A DNA stretch of 64,000 nucleotides from Chiloscyllium plagiosum (Eukaryota). Location: positions 28,830,365 through 28,894,364 of the forward strand of contig NC_057744.1 of NCBI RefSeq assembly GCF_004010195.1, read 5' to 3'. Shown here one piece after another: positions 37,322 to 49,660 of the stretch. The notes below the pieces were generated by a model, which was not told the origin of the DNA, ran no database searches, and saw nothing but the letters and a program-made list of their open reading frames with translations. A program made the position numbers and the translations under genes. Within the stretch, counting starts at the first letter, position 1. Every line of letters starts with the position of its first letter.

Positions 37322-37475
37322 TTTAAATTCATTCTTGGGATGTGAACATTTCTGCCCAGCCCAAGTTGCTCTTGTGAACGTGGTAGTGAGCTGTCTTCTT
37401 GAACTGCTACAGTCAATCTGCTATAGGTAGAACCAAAATGCCGCTAGAGAGGAAAAGAGGGAATTCCAGGATTCT
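37322..37475 (-). mobile_element. 3' end of the second CR1/L2-type LINE family
   Basis: Matches 18690-18850 (tggtagtgagctgtcttcttgaactgc...gggaattccaggatt). Confidence 0.65.
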
Positions 37476-37699
37476 TGTCATCTCCCGTTTCCCCACCTTC
37501 TGTTGAGCCATCCCCTTGCTATTCCCTCTGCAGCTTCCCTTCCCTACCTCTTTTGTAGCCTCTTCCATTCCTACCAGTCTTGGAGATTTCTCTTCCCCCT
37601 CCCTCCCCCATATCCCTTTCAGCTTTCTCCTTTCCCCATCTTCTAGCATTCTCCTCACAGTCACCGCTCAGTTTCCTAACTGCCCACTGCTTCTCCAAT

Positions 37700-37908
37700 C
37701 ACAGAAATACTGTGGATGCTGGAAATCTGACACAAACAAAGTGAATGCTGGAGAAACTCAGCAAGTCTAGCAGCATCTATGGAGACAAACACAGAATTAA
37801 TGTTTTGAGTCTGGTATGAGTCCTCATCATAACTTCAGGCTTCTGAAGAAGGGTCACTGGACTGGAAAAGTTAGCCCTGTATCTCTGTCCGTTGATGCTG
37901 CCAAACCT
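37700..37908. mobile_element. Penelope-derived palindromic element (family B), split by Gypsy element 2 and continuing at 43055-43100
   Basis: Inverted arms with CTGAAGAAGGGTCACTGGACTGGAAA on +. The reverse complement of the left arm (37746-37777) predicts the continuation seen at 43055. Confidence 0.75.
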
Positions 37909-38656
37909 ATGTTCCAAGGTTAGTCCCTCTTTTTTCTAAAAGCTGTTCCTTGGCTCAAGGAGACTCTGCCCTTGATTTTTTCAGAGGGGCAATAAAGCAG
38001 GCCAGGCTCCGATCAGTCTGGTTTGGTACAGAAGTGAAAGGATTTTGAGAGGCCTTTTGTTTATATGTAAACAGATGAGATTTCAGGCCAAAGTGTTCAT
38101 CCTTCAGAAGTGACCTGTATAATGAAACGGGAGTGGTCCGCTCTCTAGCTACCTGAGCTGAGCAGTTTAGTTCAGTCTTAAACTGGTGAGAAGTTGAACA
38201 GGGAACTGTGTGGAAACTCTCTCTCTCTCTCTTTCTGCCTTTGACTTCAACCTGTAAAGATGTGTTTCATTTATACTTGTTTTAAAGGGTGTTTGCTTAT
38301 TGGGACTGTTGTGTATATTGGGAACAGCATAATTAGATCTAGTTGGATAGGATGAGTTCTGCAGGGGTTCTCTATTCTGTTCTTTGTGTTTCATTGTGTA
38401 ATTTTATGAATACATTTTTGTCTTTTTTAAAATCTAGTAGTCAAACTAGCAAACTTAATCTGGGTAATTTTCACTGTACACTTACTGAAACAAATTCAAA
38501 GTTATGGTCTGAGATGCCTGCTTAAGAATGTTTGAGTGGTCTGACCTAGTCCATAATAGATTGGGTGCTCTTCCAGGATTTAAACAGCAAGTGGTAGGTG
38601 CTATTGTCTTTATTTCGGGTGTTGGCTTGGTTGGGTAGACAAAGCTTGGGATAGGA

Positions 38657-41600
38657 ATGGCTCTTTCAGTCGCCAAAATGTTTCTGAATGTGGATGCAGT
38701 GACTTTGGAAGTTTTGCAAAAAGTGAATAAGACCAAGTTGCAAGAATTAGCAAAGAAGCTGGAATTGGAACTGCCTGCTTTTGTGAGGAAAGGAGAGATA
38801 ATTATAGCAGTAGCTCAGCATTTAAACTTGCTGGAGAAACCATCAGAATCTATAGAGATGGCAAGAATTCAATTGCAAATGAAGCAGATTGAGTTAGAGG
38901 GAAGAGATAAGGAAAGAGCAGAAGAAATGAACCTCTTTGAGTAATGATTAAAAGCAGAAGGGAAAAAGAGAGAGCAGAGAAATAAAAAGAGAGAGCTTTT
39001 GAAACTTCAAAAACTGACGCTTAAAAAGGAAAATCAGCTTAAAAGGTTGGAGAGAAAGGCTGAGGGTAGGCTCAGTGAGGAAGTAGTGCGAACTCATGTG
39101 AAAGAGCAAAAAGTTAAAATGGCAAAGTTAGCAGCTGAAGTGGCTGATGATTGTGAGCTGGTCCATAAAACACAGTTGACTTCCAGAATCAATTTCAGTC
39201 CATGAGGGCTAGAAACTGGGGCAAAGAGAAATCCTCACGTGGAAAGGGAAAGGTAGGTCTCAGTGAAGATCATAAGGATAACTTACGACAGGGTCAAAAA
39301 GAAACCCTTGAGGGGGACCAAGAAGTTAAAAAGCTCTGGTGTTTTTGTTGTAATGAAGTGGGCCACACAAAATCACAGTAGTGTAGGGGAAAGCCAGACG
39401 TTGGAAAACCAGACAAGCCTGGGAGTTTTATTGGACTCGTAACAAAAAGCACAAGGGAAGTTAGACAACTGCCTCAGAGTGTACAAGATGATCAGAGTTT
39501 GATTAAGGAGGAAGTGCCAGATCTGCTTAGAAAATATACATGCAAGGATAAAGTTCATTCACATAGGCCAGGAGTAGCAGGTAAAGAAATCACAATATTA
39601 AGGGACACAGGATCTTCTCAGTCTGCAATGCTGAACGATGAGGAGATATGCACTCCTGAGGGACTACTGCCAGAAAAGGTACTGGTAACAGGAACTCATG
39701 GTGAGACAAAAAGTGCTCAATCATGTAAAGTGAGGTTAGAGAGTCCAGAGAAGAGTGGGGAAATTGTGGTGGGAGTACTGGACAAACTCTCAGTTCCAGG
39801 AGTACAATTTGTCCTTGCAAATGATATAGCTGATTCACAGGTAGGCGTGCTGCCTACTCTAGTTGAAAAGCCAGTGGAAACACAGGCAACTGAGGACATG
39901 GAGAATGTTTATCCAGGAATTTTCCCTGATTGTGTGATCACAAGGTCACCGAGGCACAAACTGAAGCAGGTGAAATCTAAAGACACTGATAAGGAAGCTG
40001 ACATAGTGTTATCTGAAACGTACTTAATCAGATAAGTGGAACAGAGAAGGTGCAAATAGGTAAACATACCAGTATCTTTTGGTCTGCTAAACTGATTGAA
40101 TTACAGCAGAAAGTTGAGGTTAAAACAGCTATATTAAAAGGCATATACTGAGAAGGAGAGTGAATGCCTTCCTGTGTGTTATTACTTTACAAATGATGTC
40201 GTAATGAGGAAATGGAGACAATTACACATTCAAGCAGATGAGAAATGGGCAGAGATTCATCAAATTGTTTTGCCAGTAGAGTATAGAAAGGAGGTGCTGC
40301 AAGTGAGCTACCACTTGAAGGTTATTTAGGGATGAGGAAAACACAGGCTAAAATACAAAGGCGTATTTACTGGCCTGGACCACACAAAGATGTAGCTGAA
40401 TTTTGCCAAATGTCAGCGAATTGGAAAATCACAGATAGTAATAAAACCTGCATCTTCAATACCTATTCCAACATTTGAGGAACCTTTCACAAGAGTCTTG
40501 ATTGATTGCATAGGTCCCCTACCTCAAACAAAAGTGGGGATAAGCATTTATTAGCAATAATGGATGTGCCGACTAGATTTCTGGAGGCAATCCCATTACG
40601 CAACATCACAGCTAAAAGATTGTAGAAGAACTACTTAATTCTTTTACTAGATACGGACTACCAATAGAAATCCAATCAGATCAAGGATCAAACTTCACAT
40701 CCAAACTATTCAAGGAGGATATGGATATCTTGGGAATAAAGCAATTCAAATCTACTGTCTCCATCGGGAGTCACAAGGAGTGCTAGCGTGATGGCATCAA
40801 ACACTGACGAGGGCCTATGGTCAGAATTATGCAGATGATTGGAATAAGGGAGTTCCGTCTGTACTTTTTGCGATCTGAGATGTACCGAATGAATCTACCA
40901 AATTCAGTGCATTTTAATTAATTTTTGGGCATAAAGTAAGAGGATTGTTAAAATTGATTAAGGACCAATTAATAAGTCAAAATACAGAGACCACCCATTT
41001 GGACTATGTGTCAAATTCTAGAGAACAATTAAATAGAGCTGGAGAGTTGGCTAGGTAGCATTTAAAAGTATCATATCATACAATGAAACAAGAGGTGGAT
41101 AAGGAATCACAAATTCACAATTTTGCAATTGGGGATAAGGTATTGGTGTTACTTGCAGTAACAAATGAGTCTTTAAAAACAAGGTTTAGTGAACCGTATC
41201 AAATTGAGAAGAAATTGAGTCAGGTGAACTACTTGATAAAGACTCCAGATAGGAAGGAATCTCACAGAGTATGTCATGTGAATATGCTCAAAAGGTATTT
41301 TGATAGGGAAGGAAAGCAAGAGAAGGTGTTAATGATTACAGCACAGAAGGAAGAACCAGGGTCAGAGGATTCTGAATTGAACAGAAAAGACCTGAAAGAG
41401 TTATTACTATCACATGGGGAGATATGTGGAAATAAACTGGGAAGTACTAACCGAATTGTGCATGATGTGGATATAGGAGATGCTGTTCCAATTAAGGAAC
41501 ATCCTCATAGGCATAACCCTTTAAAGTTGGCACAGGTTCAGAAGGAAATAGAGCACATGCTCCAAGATGGCATAATTGAAGTGAGTTACAGTGACTGGAG

Positions 41601-42880
41601 CTGTCCCATGAGACTGATGCATATCCAATTCCGCGGTTGGAGGACTGTGCCAAAAATGTGGGACAAGCAACTTACATTTCCAAGTTGGACTTGCTCAGAG
41701 GCTACTGGCAAGTACCTCTGTCAGAGAAAGCAAAGGCAATTAAATAGAGCTGGAGAGTTGGCTAGGCAGCATTTAAAAGTATCACATCATACAATGAAAC
41801 AAGAGGTGGATAAGGAATCACAAATTAGCAATTTTGCAATTGGGGATAAGGTATTGGTGTTACCTGCAGTAACAAATGAGCCTTTAAAAACAAGGTTTAA
41901 TGGACCGTATCAAATTGAGAAGAAATTGAGTGAGGTGAACTACTTGATAAAGACTTGATAAAGCTTTCATACCGCCAAATGGCCTATATCAGTTCAAAGT
42001 CATGCCATTTGGTAAGAAAAACGCTCTAGCCACATTTCAGAGACTGACTAGTAAAGTCATTGCCGGACTACCCAACTGTGTGGCATAGATTGATGACCTG
42101 GTGATTTTTAATCACTCATGGAAGGAACATTTACAGCATTGATCGGACTTCAGAAGGGAGGCTTAGTGGTAAACCTGGCTAAAAGTGAATATGCCAAAGC
42201 CCAAGTCACCTTCTTGGGCCATGTTATTGGACATGGACAAATGGCCCCATAAGATGCAAAAATGAAAGTAAATGGGGAATTTCCCACACCATCAACAAAA
42301 AAAGCAGTACTACGATTCCTGGGGTTGAGTGGATTTTAACGAAAGTTTGTGTGCCAAATTTTAGCAGTGTGGCTACCCCACTCGTCGAATTATTTAAAAA
42401 GGGCGAGAAGTTTCAGTGGACAGCAGAATGTCAAAAGGCATTTGACAGCCTACAAACTGTGTTAACCACTGCCCCAGTATTAGCCACACAGGATTACACA
42501 AAGACTTTCAAGGTGGCTATTGATTCCAGTGATATGAGTATTGCTGCAGTGCTACTGCAGGTGGATGACGAGGGATAGAAAGACACATCGGGTATTTTTC
42601 CAGGAAGTTGAATGTTCATCAACAGAAATATTCAACGGTGGAGAAAGAGGCTTTAAGCTTGGTGTTGGCATAACAACATTTCAGTATTTATATTACCAGC
42701 AATGCATCTGAGACAATCGTATACACTGATCACAACCCATTGACATTTGTGGAAAAATTTAAGGACAAAAATGCCAGACTGTTTAAATGGAGCTTGTTGT
42801 TGCAGCCATTCACTTTAACAATTGTGCATGTGACAGGTCACGAAAACATGATTGACGATGCGTTATCGAGACTCAAGTGA
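38657..42880 (+). pseudogene. gag-pol pseudogene of element 2 (capsid deletion near 39080; internal duplication)
   Basis: MALSVAKMFL gag start, LRDTGSSQS protease, IQSDQGSNFTS integrase, IDDLVIF RT, DSSDMSIAAVL and YTDHNPL RNase H. Homologous to element 1. Confidence 0.9.
41737..41955 (+). repeat. 219-bp copy of 41026-41244 inserted into the RT region
   Basis: Near-identical sequence; the junction shares CAATT with the RT sequence gcaaaggcaatt. Confidence 0.9.
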
Positions 42881-43422
42881 AATACAGAAGCATTTGGTGA
42901 TGGGTGTACTGCGACCTAGGGTTGTGCATGTTTGCACGTTTATAGCTAGTATAGTGTAAATGTGTGTTTAGACTACTAATTGGGTTTTTGAAGGGTTAAA
43001 AATGAAGTCATCTTTTGGTATTGATGGTTCATTTTTCTTAAGGGGGGAGGTGTCACCTGTTCAGTTTCTCCAGGACTTTGTGTGTTTGCCTCCGATCACA
43101 GGCTGTTTCTCTCTATGTTTGCTCATGCAGGGCAGTGAACCAGCCTGTGATTTGTCAAGTTCCTCACTGATTCTATCACGCTTTACTCACCAGGTGAAGG
43201 GACTTTTTTCTAATTGGTTGCTCCCACAATTTAATACTTTTTGGATATTTTAGGGGCTTTAGGGTGAATTCACTCATTGTGCTTAGGTATTTTGAGCCCC
43301 GGAGAGAGCTGGTAAGGGCATGGATATTCTTGGTCCTTTCTGTAGTAGTTGTTTACAAAATGCTAAGTACATTTCAAGCTCTTTGAGAGTTCTGATGATG
43401 CTCTTTGAGAAACTTCAAGAAT

Positions 43423-43701
43423 TAGTGAGTTTTGAGAAGATTTGTAGCTCAGGTTGAGGTTCTGCATGTAAGTTTGCTCACTGAGCTGGAAGGTTCATTT
43501 CCAGATGTTTCATCACCCGACTAGGTAACATCTTTAGTGGGCCTCCAGTCGAAGCACTGTTGATAATTCCTGCTTTCTATTTATATCTATCAACAGAAAT
43601 TATCAACAGTGTTCTGCCTGGAGGCCACTGAAGATGTTACCTAGTAGGATGACGAAACATCTGGAAATGAACCTTCCAGTTCAGCAAGAAACCGACATCC
43701 A
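43423..43701. mobile_element. Penelope-derived palindromic insertion (family C) with hammerhead motifs on both strands
   Basis: TSD AAACTTCAAGAAT (43410-43422, 43702-43714). + motif at 43628-43661; degenerate minus motif at 43504-43537. Confidence 0.82.
43628..43661 (+). ncRNA. Minimal hammerhead ribozyme motif (family C)
   Basis: CCA-CUGAAGA-U-GUUACC-UAGUA-GGAUGAC-GAAAC-AUC-UGG, with helix I CCA/UGG. Confidence 0.6.
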
Positions 43702-43914
43702 AAACTTCAAGAATGTGGAAATTTCCACATAGTGCCTAAACTGAAATATCTTCTCCAGTACCTGTCCTTGTCCTCTGTATGCTGAATACACATTTCTCTG
43801 GCAGATGGAGAGAGAGGCAGAGGGGAGGGGGCTATTGGTAGTTTGGGGGGTTAGTGGCAACAGAACTGTATGTTTTGAACTTTCTTTGTCTGAACACGTT
43901 CTTTTCATTCTCTC

Positions 43915-44500
43915 AAAAATAGAAATTGCTGCAGAAACTTAGCAGGCCGAGTAGTATCTGTGGAGAGAGAAACTTGGTTAATATTTTGGGTGAGGTGACC
44001 ACTCTTCAGAATCGTACTGGAGTGTAGCCAGAGAGGGGGTTCAGTTGAGGTCAGACAGGCACCACCCCAGTAGAAACCCTGACTGCCACAGCAGGTACCT
44101 GTACTTATACGCCCAGCTGGCACCTCAAGCCAAGATCCATAGGACTATATGACCACTCTTCTCGGAAGATTTAAATAAACTTAAAATTGGTGTCTCCTGG
44201 AGTGTATGCAAAAGCAGGTGAAAATGAGTACTGCAGATGCTGGAGATCAGATCAAGATTAGAGTGGTGCTGGAAAAGCACAGCAGGTCGGACATCATCTG
44301 AGGAGCAGGAAAATTGACGTGTCAGGCAAAAGCCCTTCATCAAGAATGGCACTATAATCCAATAGCAGTCCATGACATGGACAAGGGAGATTCCCCACCA
44401 ATAAATCAACCAACATGTTGGTTATGAAGAAGAGTCACTGAACTCAAAATGTTAACTGATTTTCTCTCCACAGATACTGCCAAGCCTACTCAGGGAGTTC
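43915..44500 (+). mobile_element. Family-B PLE insertion: inverted pLTR arm, non-coding body, pLTR
   Basis: Minus arm 43915-44010 ends cttcagaat; plus arm ttatgaagaagagtcactgaactcaaaatgttaact at about 44420-44460. Body is homologous to 60940-61260. Confidence 0.65.
44218..44356 (-). mobile_element. Penelope-derived single-arm insertion (family A)
   Basis: Family-A arm ending gcccttcatcaagaat; degenerate TSD caaaagcag/caatagcag. Confidence 0.75.
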
Positions 44501-44963
44501 AGAAACTTGGGCTCAGCAGTGAGGAAGAGATGTTTTCAGGTCAGAATGTTGTGCTCCTTGGAGAGAAAACTATATAGTGCTTTTACAGGTATGAGTCTAA
44601 ATACTATATATAATTGTGTTCCTATGCATCTGCTGTTTTTAGTTGGCAGAATTTCTACATTGGAGGGTGTAATTGAGGGATACTTTAGACAGTTGGTGTA
44701 GTGCATGTCTAGTAAGTAATTAATTGACAAAGGGGACACTCATCAAGTTGGTTGCTTTGTCCCGAATTCCATCACTCTCCTAAATCATGCTTTGTAGATA
44801 GCAGTCCTTGAAGAGTTAGAAAGTGGGTCACTTGCCACAGACTGCCCAGCCTTTGACCTGCCATGTAGTCACTGTATTTATAGATATTTCCCAGTCAACC
44901 TTCGAGATGCTGATACACAACTCTGGAGCAGTTGGGACTTGAATTCAGCTCTCCTGGCTCAGA

Positions 44964-45174
44964 ATCGAGAGTGTTGTGCTGGAAAGGCACAGCAGATCAG
45001 TCAGCATCTGAGGAGCCGGAGAATAGACATTTCGGGCATAAGCCTCATTCCTGATGAAGGGCTTATGCCCAAAACGTCGACTCTCCTGCTCCTTCGATGC
45101 TGCCTGACCTGCTGTGCTTTACCAGCTCCACACTCTCGACTCTGATCTCCTGCATCTGCACTCCTCACTTTCTC
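44964..45174. mobile_element. Penelope-derived palindromic insertion (family A) inside a short tRNA-like SINE
   Basis: 13-bp TSD CTCCTGGCTCAGA (44951-44963, 45175-45187). CTGATGA-A-GGGC-TTAT-GCCC-AAAAC-GTC at 45051-45078 (G12 mutated). Confidence 0.88.
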
Positions 45175-46632
45175 CTCCTGGCTCAGAGGTAGGGATATTA
45201 CCACTACACTACAAGAGTCCTAGTAACAGTACTTGCATGATTATTTCAGTTACATCTCTGATCATTGTTGACCACAGTATTCTAATGATGGTGACTAAGC
45301 TAGTGGTAATGCCATTAGATGCCAAGGTGACGTGTTCCAACTCATTTTTATTGGAGATAGCCATTATACAAAGCACTTGTGTATGCTGCAAACATCCCTG
45401 CCTGATTTTGCTGCTTCTTTATCTGAGGAATTGTGAATTGAACTATAATCATCTGTTTGTATTCTGCAACCAAGGCAACTTGTTGACACAAGTACTTCCA
45501 TGGCTAGTCAACATAAACTCCCAATGCGATAAACACAATTTCGTTTTTAAAGAGTGTTTTTTAAGAGTGAGAATAGAAGCCCCCAGGGATAGCTTTTAGA
45601 GTCAATGTTATTCCTGTTACATCTTCTTCAAATTGTTTTGACATTAGCAGGATGTGCCTGTCACAGATCACAGTTTCCCAGATGCTTGAGGTTGCACATA
45701 CACAGCAGCTGTGAAACCACGGGAAATGCAACTGCTGCTTTTGTAAAGGAACTCTGCCTTCCTCTGATTTTTGGCTTTTACACATCCCCAGTTTTAATCA
45801 TTCACTATAAAAAGACATGCTTTTAAATAGCGTGACTCGAAGATCCTTAACCTCCTCCCTAAACCTCTCTACTCCAACACCTTAATGAATATCCTTAGCG
45901 TCTATCTCTGTAACCACACTGATGGTCACTTGTCTTAAGATGTCCTGATTTGCAGGGATGCCCAGTTTTGTCTGATCATCTGTCTGTGAGACATGTTGAG
46001 ATGTTTTACCATGTTAGAGTTGCCACATAAATGTATATTGCTGAAAGAGCTCAAGTGATATTGAGACCCTAATGAAAGGCATTGAGCCTTTGAAGCAGTG
46101 AGCAATTTGGGACATACAGTCCAGGATGGTTCTGGGTTCAAACCTCAGTCTGTCATCAGTCAATTCATCTTAACCAAGGTGCTGGCAGAGAGGCTGCAGT
46201 TGAATTTTGCCAGGATGGAGATTATTGGCCAGTTTTCCTGCTCCTGGGCAATTTCTAGTGACTTGCGGCTGGGACTGCATCTTTGTGGCTGCTGGGTAAG
46301 ACCAGAAATAAACTAGGTGATTATGCCCTTGCAATCAAGTGGATAATTTCCATTCACCATTAACACCTTTAGGAAAGGACAGACAAAAGGAATAATCGGC
46401 AGGAGAGGACAACAGTATTTAGCCTATTACCAAAGTGATCACTAAAAACTTCAGTCAACTTGTCAAATTGTACATTCAGTCTGAAAGAAGGAATAACATA
46501 AAAGGTCTTGCTGATTTGCCACTGATAACTATATAGTGTTAATAGTCATTTTATTAGCAGAGTCAAGATTTCAAAACCAAAAACATAGCATTTCCTGGTT
46601 TATTGAGAGCAAATGGGAGAAATATATCAGTA

Positions 46633-46883
46633 GTGTTTTAACTGTTGAACTGTAATCACATCCACCACTTCCTCTGCAAGTTCATTTTACACACAACCCA
46701 CTCTCTGTGTAAAAATAAAATGCCACCATGTCTTTTATTAAATCTTTCTCCTCTCACCTTCAAAATATGTCACCGAGTCTTGAAATCCCCCTCTTGGGCT
46801 TTGTTATTAACTGAAATTGTCACTAAGCCACAGAAGGAGATATCAAAACAGATAACCAAATGGTTGGCCAAAATAGATGGGTT
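46633..46883 (+). repeat. ~250-bp near-identical direct repeat, copy 1
   Basis: Matches 49412-49660, including a CR1/L2 junction. Confidence 0.92.
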
Positions 46884-47639
46884 TTATAGAGTGTCTTAAA
46901 GGAAGAAAGTAAGTATGAGGAACTGATATTTTTCTTTGTTGAATTATAAACTGAAATAGATGTTGGGCATTGCTATTTAACTTGAAATAACAGGAGATGG
47001 ATTAAAAAGTGGTGCACATTTTTGACTGCGCAAGACAATATTAATTTTTGAAGCAGTGATTTGGATACTTTGAGATAGAATGGCACCCGGCATCCTTGAT
47101 TTAAAGAAAAGCTGCTTGGCAACAGTCCTCAGATTGGTCCATCTATAGTTTGTTTCAGATCTTCATGTGTAGAGCAGCTAGAATGTCCAGAGTCAGCAAA
47201 CAGAAATCAAATCTATCTCCCTTCAGTTGCTTTGAGTGAAAAGACACTCAATGAAAGAAACTTAAAAGAAACATTCTAGTAAAAATAAAGACCCAGGTCT
47301 ATTGGATCCACTATTGAAGAACAATCATGGATTTACAGATAACAGCTTGTCTAAATCATAAGAAACTCTGAAAGACAATTTAATCCATCCCTGTGGCCTG
47401 TTCTTCTTACCTTCAGAATTTTGATTTCTCTGTCTATAGTTTTGCACCATAGCATTTGTATCAAACCATCTGTCTTTAGACTATTTTAATTATGGATAAA
47501 TTTATATGTAATTGCCATTTTAAAGGGGCATTTTAAAATTGCTTCATAATACAGTTATTAACACTTTTCTCTGCCATTTGATAAAGTTAAATATGCCTAC
47601 AAGATCCGTTTTCTGCTAGTGATGAAACCTGGTATGAAT

Positions 47640-48520
47640 TGCTTTTGGCCTGAATAGGTGGTCACATTCAGGCCTTATACATTTTGTAAAGCCTTGTGAA
47701 ATAGTGGGGTATGATTATCAGTGCATTCTCCTCAGCTAAGCCATGACATGAGAGAGAAGCAAAAAGAGGCTTGCGGAAGAATTTCATAGATTGTGATATG
47801 GCTAACAATAATGATGCGAATGAAATGGTTTAAAGACTGGAATTGGGAGAATGTAGAGATAAGGGAGAGTTTTGGGCTCTTGTTGATGAGGGGTGAGAGG
47901 TCCCTAGGAGGGATTTGAAAATTAGGATAAGGATTTTAAAATTGAGAAATTGCTTAATGAGAACCCATTATAAATCAATGAGTAGATGACTGATGTCCAG
48001 GCTTGAGTTCAGTCACTAGCAGCAAGAGTTTTGAATGGACTTGAATCTATTGCCATTAGGAACTCGGAAACAACCTCGAACCATGGTATGGAACAGGAGT
48101 TACCTTATGAGCTGATCATTTGAGTTCAGAGATTTAAGGAGGATCTTTGTGCTCAGAGTGGGGAAGGGGTCGTTTTGTTCGTGCCTGGGGTGCAAGCTCC
48201 GATCAGAGTTGGGCATTGGTGATGGTCTGTGTGCTGGGTTATTCAGTGGGGTAGGACAGGGTGGGAGGAGTTTGTCGCCCGTGGAGTTGGGGAGTGGGTA
48301 TAGGGCTTGGGCTGGAAGTCACACTAGATCCCATGATTCTTGTCCCTAGTCTTGTCTCAAAGGTCATGGAATAGCCAAATCTAGAGGTAATAATAGCTCA
48401 GAAGAGGTTTCAGTTGAGGAACCAGAAGAGTTAGGCAATGTCACAGAGTTGGAATTAGCCAAAGATGTAAAAGTTAACAAAATGAATTGAACAAATGGAG
48501 TACTGTTTCAGTGGATCTGG
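47640..48520 (-). mobile_element. Old L2-type LINE fragments
   Basis: ggagggatttgaaaattaggataaggattttaaaattgag...gcagcaagagttttgaatggacttga and ggaatagccaaatctagaggtaataa. Confidence 0.45.
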
Positions 48521-48859
48521 GAGGGTAGTCTCCATGTAAGCTTGCTGCCTTTCGGAAGACTTTACGGAGTAAATTGCCACGAACACTATTGCAACAAAAA
48601 TGTTTCAGAGAAAAATAAACAATGCTGCGACATACTAAGGGGCTTAAATGAAATAATAAAGCTTTCATTTTAGCCATGATCATATGCCAAAAATCACTTT
48701 CCTTAAATTTGTCTCAAGTCAGATTGAACCAGCTTAATATTCTTGCAGAGCTTAGTTTAATAGCAATATCATAGAAACATAGAGATGTACAGAATGGAAT
48801 GTAGCAATAGAGACAGTTCATTAATTATTGACCGGTCCTGTTTTCATACTTTTTCCTGC

Positions 48860-49208
48860 ATTAATCTTTGGTGAGATGTCTATGTCAATAAATGGACAAG
48901 CTTTGATTTTGCCCATCCCTAGAGTGCCTTACTAATCTATTTCAGAGGCAGAGTGGAGTTAACCATGTTGCTGGAAATGTAGAGTCATTGTAGGCCAAGG
49001 CAGCAGATTCTCTTCCTTAAAGATTATGAGTGAGTGAACCAGATGGGTTGTTTTTATGACAAGTGATGATGATAGATTAATTTAGTTTATCTTTCAGTTC
49101 CAGATTACATTGAACTTAAATTCCACCAGATCTCATGATGAAATTTGAACGCTGGTCATGGAGCAATGATCTTAGTCTGTGGATTATAATCCAGTAACCC
49201 CACTGTGT
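48860..49208 (-). mobile_element. tRNA-headed SINE (second family)
   Basis: Same body as 8140-9008 (gagttaaccatgttgc...gtgaaccagatgggtt...atttgaac). Confidence 0.65.
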
Positions 49209-49271
49209 CCTTATATATCAGTAACCTGCATTTGTATAGCAACCTTAACATATATGTCCCAAGATGCTTTG

Positions 49272-49574
49272 TGTAGAGTCATACAGCACAGAAATAGACC
49301 CTTCAGTTGAACCAGTGCATGACAACCATAATCCCAAACTAAAATAATCCCACCTGCCTGTGCTAGGCCCATCACCCTCCAAACATTTCTTAGTCATGTA
49401 CTTATTTAAATGTGTTTTAACTGTTGAACTGTAATCACATCCATCACTTCCTCTGCAAGTTCATTTTACACACAACCCACTCTCTGTAAAAATAAAATGC
49501 CACCATGTCTTTTATTAAATCTTTCTCCTCTCACCTTCAAAATATGTCACCGAGTCTTGAAATCCCCCTCTTGG
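49272..49574 (-). mobile_element. CR1 3' end inserted into an L2-type tail
   Basis: agagtcatacagcacagaaatagaccc tail; flanked by GCTTTGT at 49265-49271 and 49575-49581. Confidence 0.8.
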
Positions 49575-49660
49575 GCTTTGTTATTAACTGAAATTGTCAC
49601 TAAGCCACAGAAGGAGATATCAAAACAGATAACCAAATGGTTGGCCAAAACAGATGGGTT
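49412..49660 (+). repeat. ~250-bp near-identical direct repeat, copy 2
   Basis: Matches 46633-46883. Confidence 0.92.

Larger units (their letters stand above)
37909..43054 (+). mobile_element. Gmr1-type Gypsy element 2 with a single LTR (permuted)
   Basis: LTR 37909-38558, PBS-Pro TGGGTGCTCTTCCAGGAT at 38562-38579, PPT at 43041-43050 followed by only TGTC. ACCT duplicated at 37905-37908 and 43055-43058. Confidence 0.88.

Noticed and set aside
41083-41958. Longest ORF (291 aa) as a real gene
   Set aside because: Chimera of Gypsy integrase/RT pieces with deletions, a frame change and the internal duplication.
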